Source: Chrysochromulina tobinii (lineage: Eukaryota). From it: a stretch of 64,000 bases of DNA. Within the stretch, counting starts at the first letter, position 1. Each line of letters begins with the position of its first letter. A program made the position numbers and the translations under genes. The notes beneath the pieces are model-generated. The model ran no database searches. It worked only from the letters and a program-made list of their open reading frames with translations, and had not been told where the DNA came from. The stretch covers positions 1 to 64,000 of the forward strand of contig JWZX01003377.1 in the NCBI GenBank assembly GCA_001275005.1, read 5' to 3'. Positions 52,505-61,366 of this stretch are shown piece by piece.

Positions 52505-55500
52505 AGGGCGAGGGCGAGGGCAAGGGCAAGGGTGAGGGCGAGGGCGGCGAGTCGCCAAACATCCTAGCGTCCGGTGGCCTTGGCGGCTCGTCTGGCGATG
52601 CCGTGCCTGTGTCTGGCAGGCCTGCGGAGGCGCCGCCTCAAGCGCCCGAGGAGGCGCCGCCGGAGGGGGCGCTCATCTTTTTCCGAGGCAAGGAGCTCTG
52701 GCTCACCGACGACGGCGAAGCGCCGCCGCCCTCGCCGCATCCAATGGCGCGCGCTCCTTTGTACCTTGCGCAGCAGCGGCCGGACCCGGCGCTTGCAGCT
52801 GCAGCCGGAGGCTTGTCGGCGCTCGTCACGGCGCCCGCGGCCGGCGAGGCCGATGGCGTTGATGCCAATACGGCGCGATCGTGGTGGCAATCTTGGATGG
52901 GGGTCGAGGAGAAGCGCAAGCGCAAGCCCACGCAGCTGTATGACGCGGGCGACGGCGGCGAGTACTCGGCCTTCGGCGTGCCCAGCCGTCTGTCCGATCT
53001 AGATGACCATTACGGCGCGCGCCCGCCGCGACGCGAGCGCAACGACTCCGACCACGGGCTGAGCACCGGGTGTGAGGTGCTCATCCTGAAGCCCGGGCCG
53101 CTCGATAACCAGACGGGCGTCGTGCAGAGCATGCACAACGGCTACTTCCAGGTGCTCACCGAGGGGGGTGAGCACGTCAACCTGCGCGCCAAAGAGTGCC
53201 AGGTGCTCGCTCAGGGCATCACCCGGGGCATGCCGCGCCCTGTGAAATCCATGGCGCCCGCGGTCAATGAGTACAACGCGCCGTATAACCCGGCGGCTTA
53301 TGAGCCAACAAGCATTGTCCCTTCGGCGCTCCCGATCGCACCGTATCGGTCGTCGCTCAACGCGCACAACCGGTACGATGGGACGATCTTTGGCGGCAGC
53401 GGCGGCGTTGTGCGCCACGGCGCCAACGGGCGCGTGTACACGTCGGTGGTCAAGGCGCGGCGCGTGACGGATATTGACGTGGGACACACAGTGACGGTGT
53501 CGAACGGCAAGGTGCACGCGGGCGCCAATGGCAAGGTAGTGGCTGCACGTAACGGCTACCTGATCGTGCAGCTCAGCACGGGGGTGTCCGCCTACTTCCG
53601 CGCGCGCGACCTCGTGAAGACGGGTGGCAAGTCCGAGCCGCGCGAGTCGATGCCGCTCGTCCACCCTCTAAAGATGCCGCAGCGCCGCGGCGAAACTAAG
53701 TCGACCGGCGGCGGCGGCGGCGGCGGCGGCGGGGGCGGCGGCGGGGGCGCCGGAGGCGGCGAGCGCAGCGACGGCCGGCAACGTCTCTCATGGCGCGACA
53801 ACGTGCAGGAGGAGGAGGAGCAGGCGCAGGCGCCGCACGAGCATGTGTACGAGCGCGCCGTCAAGATGCCACGCGAGGAGCTCGCCAAGCTTGTCGAGAC
53901 AGTCGAGTCGCTCGTGGCGCAGCTGCCGCCGGAGCGCGAGGTGGCCAAGCATCCACCTGTGAACTTTGCGGGCGCGTCGATCCGCATGGGACCCTCGTCT
54001 GACTCGGCGCGCCAGCTCGTCGACTTCCAACAGCGCTGGCGGCGCGGCGAGCCGGTCGTGATCCCGGGCGTGCAGGACAAGTTGCGCCGCTCGTGGTCGC
54101 CGCGTGGCTTCCTGCAGCGCTTTGGGGCCGAGCAGGTCCAGATGATCGATTGTCGGGATGGCAAGTCGGTGCACTGGCTCACGCTTGCCCACTTTTTCGC
54201 GGGCTACCTCCAGCCCTGGACTCGCGCCCTTTGCCCCGACACCTTCCGCCGTATGATGCTCAAGCTGAAAGACTGGCCTCCGGACCAGGACTTCCAGGGC
54301 AAGATGCCGGAGTACTTTGAGGACCTGATGCAGGCGCTCCCCGTCCCGCAATACACGCACCGCGACGGCGTGCTCAACCTCGCCAAGTACTTTCCACGCC
54401 AGTACGTTCCGCCCGACCTTGGGCCTAAGATGTACAATGCGTACGGGCGGCACGCGAGTTGGCGCGGGATGGATCCTGCAACCAAAAAGGGTGGGCACAC
54501 CAACCTGCACTGCGACGTATCGGACGCGGTGAACGTGATGGTCGACGTGGGCTTCGACGAGGGCGAGAACGATTCGGATGAGGAGGACGAGGGGCTGCTG
54601 CTGCACGATGACGAGCTCGGCGAGCTCTCCTCCCAGCACGGCGCCATCTGGGACATTTACCGTTGGGAGGACACGGAGGCGATCCTCAAGCTCCTGCACG
54701 CAGTCGCCCGCGAGCGCGACATTGAGATCACCAACAACCCAGTGCACGACCAGCTCTTCTACCTCGACGACACGCTGCGCAAGCGGCTGCGCGACCAATA
54801 CGGCGTGCGTGGCTGGCGCTTCGTCCAGCGACACGGCGACGCCATCTTCATCCCAGCTGGATGTCCTCATCAGGTGCGCAGCCTCTCGTGTGCCTATCCT
54901 TCTCCTCTCGTGTGCCCACCCTTCACCAACTGCCATCTTCACAACTAGTGTGCCAACTGCACATGCAAACACCTCGTGTGCCATCCTCACACCGCATGTG
55001 CCGTCTTCATCCCATCAGGTGCGCAACCTCTCGTCGTGTGTCAAGGTGGCACTCGACTTTGTGTCGCCCGAAAACGCTCACCGATGCGTGCAGCTCACGG
55101 ACCAGTTCGCCAAGCTGCCGCGCGGCCACCACCTGAGCGAGGACAAGCTGCAGGTTAAGACGATGCTGCTGCACGCGCTGCATCACATCTCGGATGCGTT
55201 GCTGCGCACGGGTGCCGCCGCCAAGGCGAGTGTCGAGATCGCCAACGCCGAGCGCGCCGCGACCGCGCGCGCCGAGGCACTCAAGGCTGCGCGTCAAGCC
55301 TCGCGTCAGTTATATGCCGCCAAGCGCAAAGCAGCCAAGGAGGCCGAGCTCGCTGCGGCGGCCAATGCCGAGGGATCCGTCGCGGAGGGTACCGTTGAGG
55401 AGCGGGTGGCCGCCGCAGTGGTCGCCTCCGCTGTCGAAGCCGCCCTTGATGCCGTCTTTGGCGCGGATGCCCCTGATGAGGTTGATGACGAGGCCATGCT

Positions 55501-55759
55501 CATGGAGGACGAGGCACAGCCGGTGGAGAAGCCGATGGTGTACACGACCACGCCGGCGCAGCCGCTCCCACAGCCGCCTCTCGAGCAGGCGACGCCGAAG
55601 CCGCCACAGCAGCAGCCGCAGCCGCCGCCGCCGCCGCCGCTGCTGCAGCCTCCGCAAGCTACCCAGACCGCGGCCGGCGTCATGAGCACGACGTCGACGA
55701 CGACGACGACCATGGAGGTCGACGACGAGACGGTGTTGCTCATGTGCAGCGGCGAATGA
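45315..55759 (+). CDS. ~3393-aa KDM3/JMJD1-type JmjC histone demethylase with BAH, Tudor, Cys-rich zinc finger, PHD and KOW/Tudor-like repeats; exons 45315-45335, 45454-54873, 55019-55759
   Basis: BAH (YVYL...PWVARIEEI...VRWFYR), Tudor ([11 protein letters not shown]), [18 protein letters not shown] (CFC...[15 protein letters not shown]...YTCPVC), and JmjC ([50 protein letters not shown]) with intact HxD...H. Confidence 0.9.
51292..51436 (+). repeat. 12-bp coding tandem repeat (CTCGGCGACGAC)n, encoding LGDD/LGEE
   Basis: Directly visible inside the acidic region of the JmjC gene. Confidence 0.9.
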
Positions 55760-56132
55760 GCGGCTATGATGAAAGAGCAGGCGGTTGAAATGTGACGGGC
55801 AGTAGCTGCGTGCAACATACACACACCGGACGAGGACACAGGAGAACACAGAACAGGCTCGCATGAGTTTGGACCGCGGACTGATTTCGCGTACTTTAAT
55901 ATACTGAGCAAGCCCGCGGGCGTCCGCTCCGGCTTAGGACTAAGACTTTTTCGCATCCTCGAGACGTCGAGGTCTCGAATGAATGTTTACAGTCTGTTTC
56001 TCTCCTTCCAAACATGTCGAATTTGGAATGCATCCAAACATTTGTCGAATTTCTCCACTCTTTTCCCTCGACCTCCCGCGGGTTACAGGGAGGCCGTCAG
56101 CTTCCTCGTCCTCGTCCTCGCCCTCATCCACC

Positions 56133-57365
56133 ATGCAGTTCGAGCATGACACCCTGCTGATGTCAGCACGCCTATCCGGGCGCACCTTGCCGCAGGAATG
56201 GAAGGCGGAGGTGCGTCAGCAGCAAGGGGCTGAGTACGCCGGACAATACCTCTATCACCGGACCCGAGCCACCAAGCAGTTTGCGCAGAAGCATGACCCG
56301 CCCGAGTACACGATGACTGGCGTCCACGCCGGTGCCGATACAGACGTTTGGGCGCCAGATAAGAAGACGCGCTTCGAATCGACGGCCAGCGTCTCTTACC
56401 GCAATGACCCAAAGAAACGCGACTCGCCGTCGCAGCGCTCGCCGCTCGAGCGGCGGCCCAGCATGCGCGAGGGCGAGTCGCCGACCGGCGACCTGAAGCC
56501 TGGGCCGACGACGTATCCGCGGCGGGAGTACTCAACCCTTCCGACGGCCGAGGAGGAGATGCGGAAACTTTCGGTAAGCTATGAGCGGTATGTCGACGGC
56601 GATCGCTCCACCGAAGTCGTGCCAGCGGTCGAGTGGCTGTCGCGCGCGGATGCAAACCCGCTGGTGCACCGGAAGGATGCCCCGCCTATGCTGCCGCGCC
56701 ACTCGGCACGCGACCACCTGAGCGATGTTCGCAAGCAGCACGCGCTCTTCGATCCTGCGCGGCCTCAGATACAGACGGTCGTGCGCGTGACGCGCCGGCA
56801 GACAGCGGACGGCTGTTCTGCGGAGGAGCGGAGGAGCGCGCTCGTCAAGGACCAACAGGCTGCGAAGATGCGCGATGTGCTCAAACAGCAGCAGGCGGAG
56901 AAGAACGCCCGCGAGGCGTCCGAGGCCAACGAGCTGCTCGAACTCTATTCGATGGGCATCCGTGGTGTGCTCTCCGGTACGGAAGCCTACAGCCAGCCGG
57001 GCGACAAGGGAAAGCCCCGCCCGGTCACGCGCTCGCAGACGGTCGCCGACCGCGACGAGCAGGCTCGCCAGGCGCCGGCGCCTGCCACCGCAGCGTTCGC
57101 GGCGCGTGAAGCGGTCGCGCGCGCAGCCGCTCGCGGATTCCAACCTGCCGAATCCGCACCTGCGGCGGAGAGGCCACTGCCGAAAAGCAGTCCTGAGAAC
57201 GAACTTTCTTGGGTCAAGGGTGGGAGCGTGCCCATCGTGAAGGCCACGCGCCCTAAGGAGGTGCCACTGGTCTTCCCTCCGGGTACCTTCGACATCCGGC
57301 AGCAGGACGCTCATCACAAGCTCAAGCAGGCCCAGCGCTTCGCCCCGACCCGCGCAAGCGGCTAG
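56133..57365 (+). CDS. Hypothetical protein
   Basis: Long ORF with a good ATG context (ccaccATG) and coding-like composition. No recognised domain. Confidence 0.6.
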   Translation: MQFEHDTLLMSARLSGRTLPQEWKAEVRQQQGAEYAGQYLYHRTRATKQFAQKHDPPEYTMTGVHAGADTDVWAPDKKTRFESTASVSYRNDPKKRDSPSQRSPLERRPSMREGESPTGDLKPGPTTYPRREYSTLPTAEEEMRKLSVSYERYVDGDRSTEVVPAVEWLSRADANPLVHRKDAPPMLPRHSARDHLSDVRKQHALFDPARPQIQTVVRVTRRQTADGCSAEERRSALVKDQQAAKMRDVLKQQQAEKNAREASEANELLELYSMGIRGVLSGTEAYSQPGDKGKPRPVTRSQTVADRDEQARQAPAPATAAFAAREAVARAAARGFQPAESAPAAERPLPKSSPENELSWVKGGSVPIVKATRPKEVPLVFPPGTFDIRQQDAHHKLKQAQRFAPTRASG

Positions 57366-57833
57366 AACCAACCTGAGAACCAACCACGCGAGAATCACGC
57401 ACACGCGCAACATGATGCAGGCCCGTTCAGCGCGGCGACGTTCTGTGAGAGCAACGTTTGGGTGTCCCTTGGTGTGCGTGTTCACGATTCGCAGTGTCGC
57501 ATGTTCAGTGTACGACCTAGGGGTGGGACGACAATCCCTCGGCGTGGACGGCGCGCGACCGGTCTCCCGCGAGGCCGCGTCGGCGCGGTGGGTCCGTCAC
57601 AGTGGGGACACCGCGCGTCTGGTCGTATAGTCTGGTCTCAGAGTCTGTCTTCAATACGAGACAGTACACACTCGTACGATACTCGATAGTCTATACGAAA
57701 CCTATAATTTCTATTACCGTACGTGTGGATGTTAACGTAAGACTATATACGAAACACTATTAAAGCGAACGAGCCCGGCGATCCGCGCGGGGATCAATAC
57801 GAATACGATATGCGTCCGCGCGCGGATGCTGGT

Positions 57834-58907
57834 TCACGTCCTGTAGCGGTCGAGCAGCGCATTGATCTCGGCGTCAAAGTCTCGCGGCGGTGGTCGCGGC
57901 TCGTTTAGATCGTCAACGAGGGAGGCGATGCGCTGCTTGATGGGTGGGATTCCTGTACGGGCGGCCTCGGACTCCTCAGCCAGCCGGCGCTGCTCGCGCT
58001 CGAAGAGCTTCTGCTCCTCACGCTCAATACGGCGCATGTTGGCCTTCGCCGCACGTGGCTCGAGTAAGGTCGGGGGGCTCACGAACGGCTCGGGTCCGCC
58101 GCGCGCCTTGCGTGCGAGCTGAGCCCCGTGCCGGCTGCTCTCAGCAAGGGCAGTTGCGCGCCGATGAGCAGCGGCCTGTGCAACCCCTACAAAGCTGCGC
58201 TCGCCAGCACTCGCGTCTCTCTGATCAGCGAGCGCAGCGCGCTGCTTCTGCAGAGAGAGAGAGTAGTCGACGAGCGCAGCGTAGCCCGCCTGGGGGTGCG
58301 GCGCGTCCCGCTCGAGCATACGAGCGCGCAGCGCGCGAGGTGTGAGCTCGCGCATCTCGGACAGCTGGGCGATCTGGGCGGAAGGCGGCGCGGGCGATTC
58401 CGGTGGCAGCGTCGCATTCTGCGCGGACTCGGCAGGTCGCGGCGGGTGCAATGCGGGCGGCGGCAATAGCTTTGCAGCCGAAGATGCAAGCGTGCCGCTC
58501 CGAGCGAGGTACGATGGTGGACGCAATGACGGCGATGGCGGCTGTGTCATGAGCATCGGGGGCGTCCCTAGCTGCGCTGCATTGCACTCGGTGGTTTCAC
58601 GCGGTCCCGACAGCGCCTCCACACCGCGCTCGAAGCGCGACTCGTGCCCCATCGGTGCGGCCACCATCCACTCCTCACGCGGCCACACGTCTATCCTTGG
58701 AGAGGAGGCGGCGGTCGGCGCGGCGGCCTCGAGGGCGGCCTCATCAAGCGAAGTGTGCACGGCCATCGCCACGGCTACGCGCGCAGCGCCTACCCAATCG
58801 TTGGCCAGCACGTGATGTCGCAATGCGTCAGCAGCGAGCGCCGTCGCAGATAAGTCACCATCTGACCAGCCAGTCTGGACCGGGACCGGGTGGTGATGGT
58901 GATGGTA

Positions 58908-58960
<53 letters not shown>

Positions 58961-59504
58961 CGAGCAGCCTCTCTGCGCTGCTGCGAGGCCGGCGCCGCCG
59001 CTCGCCGCCGCGCATTTCGGCAGCGCGACGCTCGGCTGCCGCCTGTGCCGCCAACTCCGCCTCCTCTGCTGCTGCAGCGGCCACCTGCTCCGCTGCTTGA
59101 GCCTCGGCAGCGGCTCTCTCCGCGGCTGCAAGACGTTGCTTGCGCTCAGCGTCAGCGGCAGCCGCTCGCTTTGCAGCAGCGGCTGCTGCCACGTCGGCTA
59201 CGCTCGCCGCCGCCGATACCGCCCAGCCCTTTTTCGGCCGGTTGGGAGGGGCGATACGTGGCAGCGGCGAAAGCGGGATCTCGGCATCCAGCTGGCGTAG
59301 CTCAGTGTCCAGCTTGAAGCGCTCCGCCTTCTTTTGCAGTTTGCGCAGCCGCCTATCTATCGGATCAGGCGGCGCAGAATTGGCTTTTGGATGTCGTCTA
59401 GACACCGCCGCGGGCCGCTCTGCCCTGGGGTCGGCCAGAGTCGACCGCATTAGTCGTCCGTCCGGGGGCCAATTACCGTCATCATCCAGCCCCTCCTTTC
59501 TCAT
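57834..59504 (-). CDS. Hypothetical coiled-coil protein with a polyQ/polyH tract
   Basis: Long ORF, (CAG)n at ~58909-58956, Ala/Glu-rich coils. Confidence 0.55.
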
Positions 59505-59748
59505 TGTGAGGGTCACCCGCACTTCGCCGAGCGCGCCCGACTCCCCTGTGGGGAAAACGGGGAGTAGTGGTCATCATCTTCAATTCCGAAGAGAGCTCAC
59601 ACTCGGACTTGCTTGGGCGGGTTGAAAGAATGGAGAGAGATTCGTGACTGTTATCTGTTTGGGATTGTTTAGGGGGCAGGTGGTGCCGTCCGCCGGTGGG
59701 TCGGGCAAAAATACTCACCAAGTAACGTACTTGGACTGCCAACGAGAG

Positions 59749-61230
59749 CTAGCCCACACCGCGGCTAACGTCTGTCGAATCTGCCTCGACGCGCGAGCAC
59801 TTTGCGGGCCGTTGCTCATCTAGATCCTCGGGCTCGGCAACTGCCGCGGCGTCTGACCGGCCCACCGCCTCTGCCTCATCCGCTGCGACCGGCACGGGCG
59901 CCCCCTCAGCTCCCGACCAGTGGTCGGGGCGACCGACCACATCCTTCGCGTGCTGCTTGGTCGCCTTATAACGACCCTCCCCCGGCTTGAGCGTCGGTAA
60001 CGACGCTCCGGGCTTCCACCAGTTGGGCTTGCGCCGCCACGAATTGGCCGTCAGCTCGATGGCCGCGGGCAGGTCGGGTGGCGGCTCGAGGATCGCTGGG
60101 CAGAAGGCACCCCCCGGCTGCGTGAAGTGCGGGTGCGCAGCGCACGCGGCGGCCGCTGCATGCAAGTCAGCGAGCGTCTTCGCGGATTGGATGAGCCGGA
60201 AGGGCTCGAGCTTCCCCGCGCCCTCCAGCATGAGCATCGCCGTGTACTTGAGGTTGCCTAGTGGGCACTGAGTCGCCTCACCGAGCTCAAAGTAGCGCTT
60301 GACGCACTCCGCCTGTGTGAGCATGGTGTGAATGGTTGGAGGCGCAGCCGGCGGCGCGGCGGTGGCAGCCGCAGCAACGGCGGCAGCAGCGGCAGCGGCG
60401 GCACCACCAGCTCGAGTCACATCCCATCCGTCGACGAGCAGCGAGGACGACCGGAATATGGACGGGTTCCACAGCGCACCACGCGCGAGCATGAGTGAGT
60501 CCGCGCCGGTGATCGCGAGCGCTCGTGGCACGTCCTCTGGCGCGAAGACGTCACCGTTGAGGATGACCGGCAGCGAGCGTGGCAGCGTCTCGCGCAGGAT
60601 GGCGAACTGATCCCACTGTGCCCAGTGTCGCGGCCGATCGTGACGCCGGCGCGCGTGCACGGCAAGCGCAGACACGCCGCACGACTCGATGAGCTTAGCC
60701 AGCTCGATCGTCTCCTGAGTCGCATCGAGTAAACGGATCTTGCATGTGAGGGGCATCGACGCGGGCAGGTTGCGCCGCAGCGTCGTCAAGATATCGCGGA
60801 TACGCTCAGGCTGTGAGAGCAGCGCCGACCCCATGCCGCCCTGCACAGAAAACTTGACCGGGCAACCCATGTTGATGTCAATGGCTCGCACATCTGCGGC
60901 TGCGACCTGGGCGGCCAGCAGTGCTGCTGGGCCCGACGCAGTGCCGAGCTGCAGGACCACGCGTTCGTTCGGCGTGGTTCGAAAGACCACACGCCCGCCA
61001 CCGCGCTCGTTGTTCGACTCAAAGTCGACGGTGCCGAGTGCTGCATTCACCACGCGCTTCGACTCGGACAAGCACCGATCCACGATTTCCTCGGAATACA
61101 CCATCGACGCGCCCTGCTCGGCACAGAGCGTACGAAAGGCGAGCGAGTTGATGCGCACCATCGGGGCCAGAATCATCGCATTGCGGTACGACCATGTGTC
61201 GTCAGCATCGTGCACAGCGCAGCCTGCCAT
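59749..61230 (-). CDS. DUS2: tRNA-dihydrouridine synthase (DUS2-like)
   Basis: ILAPMVR, YSEEIVD, VVLQLGT, IDINMGCP (catalytic Cys), GGMGSALL, TCKIRL, AVHAR, VILNGD, MLARGA. Confidence 0.9.
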   Translation of the reverse strand: MAGCAVHDADDTWSYRNAMILAPMVRINSLAFRTLCAEQGASMVYSEEIVDRCLSESKRVVNAALGTVDFESNNERGGGRVVFRTTPNERVVLQLGTASGPAALLAAQVAAADVRAIDINMGCPVKFSVQGGMGSALLSQPERIRDILTTLRRNLPASMPLTCKIRLLDATQETIELAKLIESCGVSALAVHARRRHDRPRHWAQWDQFAILRETLPRSLPVILNGDVFAPEDVPRALAITGADSLMLARGALWNPSIFRSSSLLVDGWDVTRAGGAAAAAAAAVAAAATAAPPAAPPTIHTMLTQAECVKRYFELGEATQCPLGNLKYTAMLMLEGAGKLEPFRLIQSAKTLADLHAAAAACAAHPHFTQPGGAFCPAILEPPPDLPAAIELTANSWRRKPNWWKPGASLPTLKPGEGRYKATKQHAKDVVGRPDHWSGAEGAPVPVAADEAEAVGRSDAAAVAEPEDLDEQRPAKCSRVEADSTDVSRGVG

Positions 61231-61366
61231 GCGCACACGCTGTGAAAGGGCGGTGAATTGGCTGTTAACAGCTGCTCACCCTATCTCCCGAAACATCTCC
61301 TTTTTTCTTCATATAAGTCTTTGTTTTGACCACACATGAAATTGGTCCACACTGACCGCTAACAAA

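Noticed and set aside
57640..57830. AT-richer patch with recurring TACGA words
   Set aside because: It lies between convergent genes and has no regular period, so it is probably 3' UTR or terminator sequence.
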